Under the pieces are notes generated by a model. The model did no database searches, was not told the origin of the DNA, and saw only the letters and a program-made list of their open reading frames with translations. From Eledone cirrhosa (lineage: Eukaryota), in assembly GCA_964016885.1 (NCBI GenBank), contig OZ024741.1, positions 240,436,001 through 240,500,000 of the forward strand: a DNA stretch of 64,000 bases. Reading direction: 5' to 3'. The position numbers and the translations under genes are program-made. Below are positions 16,760 through 29,600 of this stretch, one piece after another. Within the stretch, counting starts at the first letter, position 1. Every line of letters begins with the position of its first letter.

Positions 16760-17905
16760 TATATATTAATTTCAACAATGTCAGTATTCCGTGTGTCATA
16801 ATTCTCGATTATCATTGGTTCATAGGTTTCAAACGACTAGCCCACCTCAACGACGCCAAATTTAAATTAATACGCATAATGCCAATGAGGGAGTGAGAGG
16901 GAGTGAACGCTGTAACAGAGAGGCAAAGTGAACGCTGTAACTATTACCATGTGTGCGTGTGTATGTACGTGTTCGTATGTTTATGTGTGTGTGCGTGCGT
17001 GCAGCGTTCCACAGAAAGTAAAAACTATCAACATGTGTGAGTGTGTAAGTGTGTGCAAATGCACGGGTGCGTGTGTAAGTTTGCGTGCGTGTGCGCGTTT
17101 CCATGCGTGTATGTGTGTGTACGTGGGGCGTACACACACATACACGCATAATCGCCATGCAGTTTATCTGTCTGAGTGCCTGTCTGTCAGACTAACATAC
17201 ACAAAGTTGTGAAGGGAGTAAATAGGGACCTTTTTTTACATTGACGGACATCTTTTATATTTATTATTGTGTCATTTTTTAACAATTGCTCGAAATGAAT
17301 ACTGATAATAAAAGCAATTCGATCTTATCAAACAGTGAATTACAGCAGCGACGGCGTGCAGCCAGGAATGAAGAAGAACGGGCCGAACAGCGCCATCGGA
17401 ACGCCGAACTTCAGAGGCGAAAACGTGCCGCCATGAATGAAGAGGAGCTGGCTGAACAACGCCAAACAAAACACTGGAGCCAAACAGCGACGGCGTGCTG
17501 CGATCGTTGAAGACGAACTGGCTGAGCATCATCTTTTATATTAATTATCTATATCTATATCTACATATAATATAAAAGATTGGACTTCCATCATCCTTTT
17601 GAGAAACGTGCAACAACCACGTCTATGCAATGATACACGTTTTACAGTCAGGCAGAAGAGGAACCATCTCCTAGAGGTCACTATTCTAGGTGGGAGCACC
17701 TAGAATTGTTCATATACTATGCACAAACGGTACAACGAAGAATTTGGTATATCTGGAAGATTTCTTTTTACTGTATTCTGTATCACACAGACACCACGGA
17801 CTCGCCTCATACTGTAATCAGACAAACATCCAATACAGTCATTTTCTCTTTTACCTGTCTTCTCTTATCCTCTGTTTACCCGGGCGAAGCTGGGTACGTC
17901 AGCTA

Positions 17906-17906
<1 letters not shown>
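16760..17906 (+). mobile_element. Non-autonomous Helitron, copy 1
   Basis: 3' hairpin cccgggcgaagctggg followed by CTAG and T. Internal remnant (with frameshifts) SRVGAPR..NGTTKNLVYLE resembles the C-terminus of RepHel Pif1 helicases. R/E-rich repeat ORF at 17286-17510. Second copy at 41350. Confidence 0.8.
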
Positions 17907-17973
<67 letters not shown>

Positions 17974-18102
17974 TTTGAGTTTATGTTGGTTGTATGCCGG
18001 CTGGAGCACTCGACGAAGTGCGCAGGTTGGTTTGGTTACTTCGGAGTAGTGTAAAATAAAGTTAAATAAAAGTCAAATGATTAAAATTTAGCTTCGTTTA
18101 TT

Positions 18103-18157
18103 ACAGCTATATATATTTCAGTGACAGCCATCTTTGGCTGTGACCTCTTCAGGCAGT
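18103..18157 (-). ncRNA. Minimal type I hammerhead ribozyme (H4, left arm)
   Basis: Reverse complement: actgc-CTGAAGA-ggtcacagcca-aaga-tggctgtcact-GAAA-TATATA-TA-gctgt (one stem I mismatch). Confidence 0.7.
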
Positions 18158-18314
18158 TTGAATTAGTATGGTATAGACAAGTACATATGTTGTTTAGGTG
18201 TATAATATTGTCAATACTCCTAGTATTGACAATATTATACACCTAATACTCCTAGTATTGACAATATTATACACCTAAACAACATATGTACTTGTCTATA
18301 CCATACTAATTCAA

Positions 18315-18369
18315 ACTGCCTGAAGAGGTCACAGCCAAAGATGGCTGTCACTGAAATATATATAGCAGT
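18315..18369 (+). ncRNA. Minimal type I hammerhead ribozyme (H4, right arm)
   Basis: Stem I actgc/gcagt; CTGAAGA at 18320; stem II acagcca/tggctgt; GAAA at 18353; palindromic TATATA; UA at 18363-18364. Confidence 0.8.
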
Positions 18370-18413
18370 AATAAACGAAGCTAAATTTTAATCATTTGAC
18401 TTTTATTTAACTT

Positions 18414-18459
<46 letters not shown>

Positions 18460-18520
18460 TAAATATATATATATATATATTTATATATATACATTATATA
18501 TATATATATATATATATATA

Positions 18521-18586
18521 GTAAAAAGTATGACCCCGACGGCAGAGCTCAAGCCGTTTCGACGGCTATTTCTGGACTCAGAAATT
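18521..18586 (-). mobile_element. Third short copy of family H1
   Basis: aaaaagtatgaccccgacggcagagctcaagccgtttcgacggctatttctggactcagaaat between (TA)n tracts. Confidence 0.8.
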
Positions 18587-18644
18587 ATATATATATATAT
18601 CATCATCATCATCATCCTCTTTGTTTAACGACTATCTTCCACGC

Positions 18645-18704
<60 letters not shown>

Positions 18705-18951
18705 TGTGGTTTTTACAGCTAGATGCCCTTCCTAATCCCAACCATGTTACAGTGAGGTCTGGGTGCTTTTTATCATGGCACTGACAGAGTATATGTATGT
18801 TTGTGTATATATATATGTGTATGTGTTAATGTATATGCATGTATATATGTGTGTTTGTGTGTGTATATATATATATATGTGTGTATATATATATGTTTGT
18901 GTGTGTATATATATGTGTGTGTGTACATGTTAGTGCATGTCTGTATATATA

Positions 18952-19022
<71 letters not shown>

Positions 19023-19240
19023 GCCTGTCTGTATATATGTGTGTGTATATATATATACACTGGCAAACACAGAGAAATACATACACACAATATACACATA
19101 AAAACACATAGATACATACATGTATGTATATCTATATATAGTTCCCTTTATATATAAAAGTTTATACCCAATCATTCCTTGGTTCTTTGAGGGAACACAA
19201 ACCACTCACTACTCAGCTGGCAATATTATTTTTTAAAATA

Positions 19241-19416
19241 GGGCGGTAGATTGGCAGTATTGGGAGAGGGTCGGACGCCATGCTTTGATGTATAGAGTTA
19301 CGCCGCTTGCCATTCTGAGTTCAAATCCCGCCGAGGTTAACTTTGCCTTTCATCCTCAATAAAATAAAGTACCAGTAATGCACTGGGTAATTGCTGGCCA
19401 AAAGTAGAAACAATTA
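19241..19416 (+). mobile_element. SINE family S1
   Basis: gggcggtagattggcag (A-box-like) ... gagttcaaatccc (B-box-like) ... agtagaaacaatta. Confidence 0.85.
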
Positions 19417-19572
19417 GTGTAGTGTGGTTCAGTGTGGTGTAGTGTGGTGTAATGTGGTGTAGTGTAGTGTGGTGTAGTGTGGTGTAGTGTGGTGTAATGT
19501 GGTGTAATGTGGTGTAGTGTAGTGTGGTGTAGTGTGGTGTAATGTGACGTGGTGTAATGTGGTGTAGTGTAG
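19417..19572. repeat. Pentanucleotide (GTGTA/GTGTG/GTAAT) microsatellite at the SINE tail
   Basis: Directly visible. Confidence 0.9.
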
Positions 19573-19802
19573 ACATACATAATAACAGGCATTCATGCAT
19601 AGTATCACACATTGCTACTCACTCACATAGGCACACATGCATGCACATACATGCATATGATGCACATTATCACATATACATATATATACATGTATATACG
19701 CACAGACAGACATATACATGTTTCATCATAATCGTTGAATGTTCATTTTCCATGCTAGCATGGGCTAGACAGTATATATATATATATATATATATATACA
19801 AT

Positions 19803-20008
19803 ATATTAACAAATGGAAACTATATTTATAAAACCATATTTATTTCATTATACATATTTCAAGGACACCAAAGCAAATTATGGTGCGCTTTCATCAGATA
19901 AAATATAATATAGATCAGTTTTATAAACAAATATTGACATACCCATCTTTCAGGGTATGTCAATATTTGTTTATAAAACTGATCTATATTATATTTTATC
20001 TGATGAAA

Positions 20009-20013
<5 letters not shown>
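19803..20013 (-). mobile_element. Asymmetric fold-back element (family H2), perfect inverted repeat 19884-20013 with 8-nt loop
   Basis: 61-bp perfect arms. The long arm is the reverse complement of 14762-14900. Both ends lie in (TA)n. Confidence 0.88.
19841..19905 (-). ncRNA. Minimal type I hammerhead ribozyme (H2)
   Basis: Reverse complement: tattttat-CTGATGA-aagcgcacca-taatttgctt-tggtgtcctt-GAAA-TATGTA-TA-atgaaata. Confidence 0.75.
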
Positions 20014-20047
<34 letters not shown>

Positions 20048-20110
20048 CACACACACACTCTCTCACATACAAACATGTACATGTGTATATATATATACAC
20101 ACTTGCACAT

Positions 20111-20163
<53 letters not shown>

Positions 20164-20265
20164 CTCTCACATGCAAACATGTACATGTGTATATATATAT
20201 ACACACTGGCACATACACACACACATATATATATATACACACACACTCTCTCACATACTAACATG

Positions 20266-20308
<43 letters not shown>

Positions 20309-20616
20309 TGGCACATACACACACTTAGTGATGCACATGTCGATGTCATTGTCTAAATGAATGTGGTATGGGAATGTAACCACATGTGTGTTTAAACTTA
20401 CCACACATTTGTGTGTATGTGTGTATGTGTACATGTACAGTTTCTATCAAGCACGTACGGACACACATACATATATCTGTGTGTTTGTGTGTGTGTGTGT
20501 GGTGTGTGTGTGTATGTGAATGTGTGAGTGTATGCAGCCGATCATTCTCTCTTCATAAATGCTTATATTTGTTACAGACACATATATATAAGCACATGGG
20601 TCAACATTTATACATA

Positions 20617-20683
<67 letters not shown>

Positions 20684-20900
20684 CATATATACACACACCC
20701 CATATACACATGCACACACACATACACCACATGCATACACACACATCCACATGCACACACCACACATACACATGCACCCACACCGCACACACAATTACAT
20801 ACACACACATCATACACACACTCATGCATCCACACACACACACACTCATGCATCCACACCACACACCATACACACATACACATACAATATAATATGATGA

Positions 20901-21022
20901 TAATTGTTTCTACTTTCGGCACAAGGCCAGCAATTACCCCAGTACATTACTGGTACTTTATTTTATCGACCCCGTAAGGATGAAAGGCAAAGTTAACCTC
21001 GGCGGGATTTGAACTCAGATCG
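20901..21022 (-). mobile_element. SINE family S1, 5'-truncated
   Basis: Matches 15582-15700. Confidence 0.85.
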
Positions 21023-21079
21023 TAATGATGAGAATATAGATATTATAAACTGTGCAATATATATATACTTTCACATCTG

Positions 21080-22000
21080 ACAATCCACATACACTCACTC
21101 ATACACACACACACACACATACACACACACACACACACACATATACACTCACTCAGATATACTTACACACTCACACACATACAATCACTCATACACACAC
21201 ACACACTCACTCAGATATACTTACACACTCACACACATACACTCACTCATACACACACACACACACACTCACTCAGATATACTTACAGACTCACACACAT
21301 ACACTCACTCATACACACACACACACACACTCACTCAGATATACTTACAGACTCACACACATACACTCACTCATACACACACACACACACACACACTCAC
21401 TCAGATATACTTACACACTCACATACACTCACTCCAACACACACACACACACTCACTCAGATATACTTACACACTCACACACATACACTCACTCATACAC
21501 ACACACACTCACTCAAATACACTCAGTCATACACACACACAAACACTCACTCAGATACATTTACACACATTCACACACACAGAAACACTCATTCACATAC
21601 TTACACACACTCACACACACAAACACTCAGTCACTCACTAACACAAACAAAAAACACACTCACTCACATACAGTTACAAATTCACACACACAGACACACA
21701 CACAAACACACTCACAAACACTCATATACACTTATACACTCTCACACACACAAACACTCACTCACATACACTTACACATCTTTATACACACACAAACACT
21801 CATTCACATACTTACACACACTCACACACACAAACACTCAGTCACTCACTGACACAAACAGACACACACTCACTCACATACAGTTACAAATTCACACACA
21901 CACACACACTCACAAACATTCATATACACTTACACACTCTCACACATACAAACATTCACTCACCTATACTTAAACACACCCACATATCACTTACACACAC
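21080..22000. repeat. CA-rich compound minisatellite (ctcactcagatatacttacacactcacacacatacactcactcatacacac units)
   Basis: Tandem imperfect ~50-bp units visible. Confidence 0.9.
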
Positions 22001-22421
22001 ACTCCCATATATACATACCTTAACATACTTTCTCATTTTCATGTTTGCTTATACATACACATAAAATATGAAGCATACAATGACACACATATATACAGCC
22101 TCATACACAAATATACACACTTTTTTATAATCTATATGTATGTATATATAAAAAATGTGTATATATTTAGTTATATCCTCATGTATTTACATACATACAT
22201 ACATATATATAGTTCTACATACTTTCTTTTATATTTGTGTGTGCGTATATAGTTATGTATATGTATTTATGTAGTAATGATATAGTTATATGCTCATATA
22301 TATTTACTTACATACAAAAATACACATATATATATATATATATGCATACACACACATACGTGTGTATGTGTGTGTATATATCTATCTCTCAATATATATT
22401 TATATACATGTGTAAGTATGA

Positions 22422-22636
<215 letters not shown>

Positions 22637-23694
22637 CATATATATATATACACACACATTCATACACTCCTATCTATATGTGTGTTAATGTAAAAGAAAT
22701 GTCCCCTGCACCCTTCTTTCCCTCTTTTTCCCTATTCACTGTGAAAAGAAAGACATTTATAAAGAAATGTGAGGTTAGTGTCTTACCTACCTTCATTGTT
22801 TAGTTGTTGTTTACTGTGATTTGAGCTGTTTTAGCTGTTTATCCAACTAACTCTGTACCAGCCACTGTAACTGCTGCTGCCGTTGTCGTTGTTGTGTGTG
22901 ACACTGGCTGTATATTGATGGACTAGACTTTCCAACAACAGTCAGTGGGTGCCTGCTGCTGCTGCTCCAACTTTTCTTCTTCTCTGTGTGTGTTTGTATG
23001 CTTCTCTCTGCGTTTGCATGCGGCTCCACATTTGTATGCACATGTATGTCTGTGCATCGGTCTATGTGTATAAAGGATGTGTGCTCCCTCTTCTTTCTAG
23101 TCGATAGGGTTTAAATATTGGGAGGGAATTAGAAGCCACAAACCTTCTTCTGTTTGTATGAGTCTTCAAAAGACATTTATATAGAAACAGAGATTCAAAA
23201 TTAATATGCATAATTCTTGCTTTTCAAAAGAAAATTTGTTAATCAATAAAAGCTTAGTTCACACACTGAAAAGTCCGGAATATTGCCTTGCTTATTAAAT
23301 TTCTTTTTGTTAGCACCTATCTGAAAATGGAATGGAGGTCCTGAGATTTCCGAAACTGTTGCCTGAGGTGAAATGGCAAACAGAAGCTTTGACTTCTCAC
23401 GTAGCAACTGAAACTCTCTTTATCAGATGTTAGTTGCTATGGTGAGACCAACTTATTTGAACTTCTGAAATAAATAAATAAAAAAACTCCTTTATGATGT
23501 GAAATGTGAACCTGAAAGTTATACTTTTGGAAAAATGCTGAAAATTCAGAAAAATGTAAATTTTTTATGTTTCTTTTAAAAATTAATTGTTATATTTCAT
23601 CTTAGCAGACTCACTTCAGAGCATGGCCTCTCTCTCAGCAGCAGAACTGCTATTTGAGTGTGTAGGCAATAGAGTAAATGTGAGAAGTTTAGTC

Positions 23695-24010
23695 ATATCC
23701 CGCTGAGATTAACTTTGCCTTTCATCCTTACGGGGGGGGGGGGGGTCGATAAAATAAAGTACCAGTAATGCACTGGGTAATTGCTGGCCTTGTGCCTAAA
23801 GTAGAAACAATTATTTTTCACTGATGGATTGGCAGTATTGGTAGAGGGTCGGACGCCATGCTTTGACGCACAGAGTTACGGCCCTTTCCATTCTGAGTTC
23901 AAATCCCGCCATGGTTAACTTTGCCTTTCATCCTTATGGGGTCGATAAAATAAAATACCTGTAATGCACTGGGTAATTGCTGGCCTTGTGCCAAAAGTAG
24001 AAACAATTAT
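23695..24010 (+). mobile_element. Two tandem SINE S1 copies (partial 23695-23814; near full 23822-24010)
   Basis: Both match S1. attatttttcact occurs after each copy, consistent with a TSD. Confidence 0.85.
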
Positions 24011-24236
24011 TTTTCACTTTTACAAAGGGACAGAATGCAAAGAGCTGGAACAAATAACACAAAACATTTTGTTGTATGCTTTAAAAATTCCATTAATCCA
24101 CTTTCCCCTGAACTGATATTTTAAATAACCCCATAAGTTAACTTTGGCAGGATTTGATCTCAGAACCAGAACAAATACTACAAAACATTTTATCTGACAG
24201 CCTAACAACTCTGCCAATTTGCAGCCATTATATATT

Positions 24237-24290
24237 AGATCAAAGTATAGTTTCTGTTCTTATCTGCTTAATATCTGATATAGTCCCTAT
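24237..24290 (+). pseudogene. U2: U2 snRNA fragment (branch-point recognition region and stem IIa)
   Basis: agatcaaagtatagtttctgttcttatctgcttaatatctgata compared with invertebrate U2 AGATCAAAGTGTAGTATCTGTTCTTATCAGCTTAATATCTGATA. About 3 substitutions, including in the GTAGTA box. 5' end and Sm site absent. Confidence 0.85.
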
Positions 24291-24296
24291 ATGGAA

Positions 24297-24730
24297 GGGC
24301 GGTGGATTGGCAGTATCAGTAGCGTGTCAGACACCATGCTTTGCATCATAGAGAAAGGGACCTTTACATTCTGAGTTCAAATCTCGCCAAGGTTAGCTTT
24401 GTCTTTCATCTTTAACCCTTTAGCATTTAAGCCGGTCGTATCCGGCCAGAATTCTCTCATCTCTTTTTGTCCAAACTGGCCATACCCAGCCCTTCATACT
24501 TATGTTAAGGTATTGTTCTCAAAATAAATGACATCAAAGTCTCATAGATTCTATATTATGTGAAATAATTATGTGAGGTAAAGCCTTTACTGTGAAAATA
24601 CAATAGTAAATATAGAGTAATGTGAATGCTATAGGGTTAAGGAATCGATAAAATTAAGCACTAGGGCCAATTTAATTGATTTGCCCCTCCTCCAAAAATT
24701 GTTGGCATTGTGCCTAAAGTAGAAACAATT
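24297..24730 (+). mobile_element. SINE S1-related copy interrupted by a piggyBac-type MITE
   Basis: Head gggcggtggattggcag to gtctttcatc, resuming gaatcgataaaattaag...agtagaaacaatt after 24640. Confidence 0.75.
24416..24636. mobile_element. piggyBac-type MITE family B
   Basis: TTAA TSDs (24412-24415, 24637-24640). TIRs CCCTTTAGCATT / AATGCTATAGGG. Confidence 0.82.
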
Positions 24731-26229
24731 GTATATTAGCAAATATTAATTAATTTTTTTTTCTAATTAATCCTGCTAAACTAACTAATGTTTATAGTTT
24801 GAAAACATTTTCTTTGTTATTCCTAGACTATTATATATTACCTGGTGGAAATTTTGCAATAATATTGGAATAATATTCTAATAGAAATATATAGAAGGGA
24901 AAATGAAGTGGTGATGTTCATGCCTTTCCAGGAGGATAATAAAGTAGTTGAAACCTAATCATGGTCTTTATATATCGGAAAACACTATTACAATAGTTAA
25001 TCATTCAATTGAATAGTGAGAAGCTGTCACTTAAGTAGGATCAGGGCAAGCTACAACTTCGATTACCTTTCATTCTGAATATCTTCTGCAAACTGGGTCA
25101 TCTAAAACTTCCCATGAGCCTCTTTGATCTGCTGTTGAAATGCTAAGTTCCCCATATCACTGGGTGTCACATCACTTCTTGCTTTTTCTCAAGTAAATTC
25201 CTCAGGCAAGGAAGCACTCTCTATCATGACATACCTCTTCCATACTTGTTATTTTTCCTGTAGATGATCTATATCTAGTATTGTCTTTTGGCTTGTAACA
25301 CTAATAAAAGAAGATATCTAGGTGGTGATGTTTCTGTTATTGTCATTTGAATTTGTGTTTTTCTTTTGTAATACTCAAATTGTGAAGCTTTATGCTTATA
25401 ACTGTGTCTGATGAATTGCCATTTTTTCATTTTTCTTTTTTACCTTTCTCTTAATCTGTCTCTGTCTACAAAAGATTCAGTGAATATATTCACTACTAGT
25501 ACTTCCTCCTACTACTACGCAGGTGACTATATTGAGCTACTAATAAACAGAGCAAAATAGATGTTTGTAAAATATATGTACACAATAAGTTCTCTAAGGA
25601 CAAACTTTTAATCCCATTGTAGGTAATGGGGTTGACCTTTAAATATGTTATAGCGACACATGGGATTGAACTCAGCACTGAAATTTAATCAGACACATGT
25701 CAATTTTAAAATACCATAGAGATCAACTTTGCTTTTTATTTTTCCAAAGTCAATAAAATAAATATGAGTCAGACACTAGACATGATATATCATATATATT
25801 GTTGTATGAGTGCACTTCCATTTGAGTTACAATATTCTTGGATCAGTATGTCATTTGAATTGCCATATTTTAGTTAGTAAAAAAAAAGCTTCAACTTCTG
25901 CAAGAATATTTGGTAACTGACTATAACTGTTTTTCAAATTTAAGGCCTTGTGCTTCTGTTAGAAATCAATTTCACATTTCTGCCACCCACCTTATTTACA
26001 GTAACTATTTACAAATTGATTGACACATTCCTTTAAGAGTTAAGACACATGAGTACAATCAGAGTCGAGTGCCAGTGACCTGCCAAACATTCAATAAGTT
26101 GTATGATACTCTATCCCCTCAGCAACCCACAATTTACAAAATTCTTAAATTGCAACAAATTAAATATAAGAAGTATAAATTATAGCAAAGTTAGGATCAT
26201 GTCTATTGAAAACAACACAAAATAAGTTG

Positions 26230-26616
26230 ATCATTATCATCGCCATCATCATCATCATCATTATCATCATCCTTTTTCTATCTGCCTTTCCATGCTTGCA
26301 TGGGTTGGACGGGTCATTTTTTTTTTTATCACAGCCCACCTCCATACACTGCATTCCTTTGTCATCTCTTCTGCGAGGTTTAATATTTTGAGATCTGCTC
26401 CCACCCTTTTTGTTCAGGTTTTCCCTGGCCTCCCTCCACTGCATCTTTCTTCCATTAGGAGCTATTGGTATTTCTTCACCCAAAATGAACATCCTCCATG
26501 TGCATCACATGGCCAAGCCAGCATAGTTTTCTCTCTTGCACACTATGTTTGATTTCTCTTACGCTCACTCACACTCTCTCTTTCTCAACTCATTTACATT
26601 TCACCCTCCATGTACA
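26230..26616 (-). mobile_element. Decayed RTE LINE 3' fragment (distal part, left of the satellite)
   Basis: (CAT)n tail and ttccatgcttgcatgggttggacgg. The minus strand gives VQERKLCWLGHVMHME...GGRPGKT, homologous to ERRLRWYGHVMRM...GRPRKTW of the 59062 ORF. Confidence 0.8.
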
Positions 26617-29600
26617 CATCCATCGAAGTGTACTTACAAAGCATCACCCATCCATCAAAGTGTTCTTTCAAAGCATCACCCATCCATCAAAGTGTACTTA
26701 CAAAGCATCACCCATCCATCAAAGTGTTCTTACAAAGCATCACCCATCCATCAAAGTGTACTTACAAAGCATCACCTATCCATCAAAGTGTACTTACAAA
26801 GCATCACCCATCCATCAAAGTGTACTTACAAAGCATCACCCATCCATCAAAGTGTTCTTACAAAGCATCACCCATTCATCAAAGTGTACTTACAAAGCAT
26901 CACCCATCCATCAAAGTGTTCTTTCAAAGCATCACCTATCCATCAAAGTGTACTTACAAAGCATCACCCATCCATCAAAGTGTACTTACAAAGCATCACC
27001 CATCCATCAAAGTGTACTTACAAAGCATAACACATCCATCAAAGTGTACTTACAAAGCATCACCCATCCATCAAAGTGTTCTTACAAAGCATCACCCATC
27101 CATCAAAGTGTTCTTACAAAGCATCACCCATTCATCAAAGTGTACTTACAAAGCATCACCCATCCATCAAAGTGTTCTTACAAAGCATCACCCATCCATC
27201 AAAGTGTACTTACAAAGCATCACCTATCCATCAAAGTGTACTTACAAAGCATCACACATCCATCAAAGTGTACTTACAAAGCATCACCCATCCATCAAAG
27301 TGTACTTACAAAGCATAACACATCCATCAAAGTGTACTTACAAAGCATCACCCATCCATCAAAGTGTTCTTACAAAGCATCACCCATCCATCAAAGTGTT
27401 CTTACAAAGCATCACCCATTCATCAAAGTGTACTTAAAAAGCATCACCCATCCATCAAAGTGTACTTACAAAGCATCACCCATCCATCAAAGTGTACTTA
27501 CAAAGCATCACCCATCCATCAAAGTGTACTTACAAAGCATCACCCATCCATCAAAGTGTTCTTACAAAGCATCACCCATCCATCAAAGTGTACTTACAAA
27601 GCATCACCCATTCATCAAAGTGTTCTTACAAAGCATCACCCATCCATCAAAGTGTACTTACAAAGCATCAACTATCCATCAAAGTGTTCTTACAAAGCAT
27701 CACCCATCCATCAAAGTGTACTTACAACGCATCACACATCCATCAAAGTGTACTTACAAAGCATCACCTATCCATCAAAGTGTACTTACAAAGCATCACC
27801 CATCCATCAAAGTGTACTTACAAAGCATCACCTATCCATCAAAGTGTTCTTACAAAGCATCACCCATCCATCAAAGTGTACTTACAAAGGATCACCTATC
27901 CATCAAAGTGTTCTTACAAAGCATCACCCATCCATCAAAGTGTACTTACAAAGCATCACCCATCCATCAAAGTGTTCTTACAAAGCATCACCCATCCATC
28001 AAAGTGTTCTTACAAAGCATCACCCATCCATCAAAGTGTACTTACAAAGCATCACCTATCCATCAAAGTGTACTTACAAAGCATCACCCATCCATCAAGG
28101 TGTACTTACAAAGCATCACACATCCATCAAAGTGTACTTACAAAGCATCACCCATCCATCAAAGTGTTCTTACAAAGCATCACCCATCCATCAAAGTGTA
28201 CTTACAAAGCATCACCTATCCATCAAAGTGTACTTACAAAGCATCACCCATCCATCAAAGTGTACTTACAAAGCATCACCCATCCATCAAAGTGTACTTA
28301 CAAAGCATAACACATCCATCAAAGTGTACTTACAAAGCATCACCCATCCATCAAAGTGTTCTTACAAAGCATCACCCATCCATCAAAGTGTTCTTACAAA
28401 GCATCACCCATTCATCAAAGTGTACTTACAAAGCATCACCCATCCATCAAAGTGTTCTTACAAAGCATCACCCATCCGTCAAAGTGTACTTACAAAGCAT
28501 CACCTATCCATCAAAGTGTACTTACAAAGCATCACCCATCCATCAAAGTGTTCTTACAAAGCATCACCCATCCGTCAAAGTGTACTTACAAAGCATCACC
28601 TATCCATCAAAGTGTACTTACAAAGCATCACCCATCCATCAAAGTGTTCTTACAAAGCATCACCCATCCATCAAAGTGTACTTACAAAGCATCACCTATC
28701 CATCAAAGTGTTCTTACAAAGCATCACACATCCATCAAAGTGTACTTACAAAGCATCACCTATCCATCAAAGTGTACTTACAAAGCATCACCCATCCATC
28801 AAAGTGTACTTACAAAGCATCACCCATCCATCAAAGTGTACTTACAAAGCATCACCCATCCATCAAAGTGTACTTACAAAGGATCACCTATCCATCAAAC
28901 TGTTCTTACAAAGCATCACCCATCCATCAAAGTGTACTTACAAAGCATCACCTATCCATCAAAGTGTACTTACAAAGCATCACACATCCATCAAAGTGTA
29001 CTTACAAAGCATCACCCATCCATCAAAGTGTACTTACAAAGCATAACACATCCATCAAAGTGTACTTACAAAGCATCACCCATCCATCAAAGTGTTCTTA
29101 CAAAGCATCACCCATCCATCAAAGTGTTCTTACAAAGCATCACCCATTCATCAAAGTGTACTTACAAAGCATCACCCATCCATCAAAGTGTACTTACAAA
29201 GCATCACCCATCCATCAAAGTGTACTTACAAAGCATCACCCATCCATCAAAGTGTACTTACAAAGCATCACCCATCCATCAAAGTGTTCTTACAAAGCAT
29301 CACCCATCCATCAAAGTGTACTTACAAAGCATCACCCATTCATCAAAGTGTTCTTACAAAGCATCACCCATCCATCAAAGTGTACTTACAAAGCATCAAC
29401 TATCCATCAAAGTGTTCTTACAAAGCATCACCCATCCATCAAAGTGTACTTACAACGCATCACACATCCATCAAAGTGTACTTACAAAGCATCACCTATC
29501 CATCAAAGTGTACTTACAAAGCATCACCCATCCATCAAAGTGTACTTACAAGGCATCACCTATCCATCAAAGTGTTCTTACAAAGCATCACCCATCCATC

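Larger units (their letters stand above)
17975..18420 (-). mobile_element. Asymmetric fold-back element (family H4), inverted repeat 18052-18420
   Basis: Near-perfect ~165-bp arms, 32-bp direct duplication at the centre (18213-18244/18245-18276), flanked by (TA)n/(GA)n. Confidence 0.88.

Noticed and set aside
19241-19330. tRNA genes at SINE heads
   Set aside because: A/B-box-like motifs are present but there is no complete cloverleaf, and they continue into SINE bodies.
23605-23680. Possible first coding exon (ttagcag|...ATGGCCTCTCTCTCAGCAGCAGAA...)
   Set aside because: Plausible acceptor and ATG but weak donor, no recognisable protein, and no supported partner exons. Needs RNA-seq.
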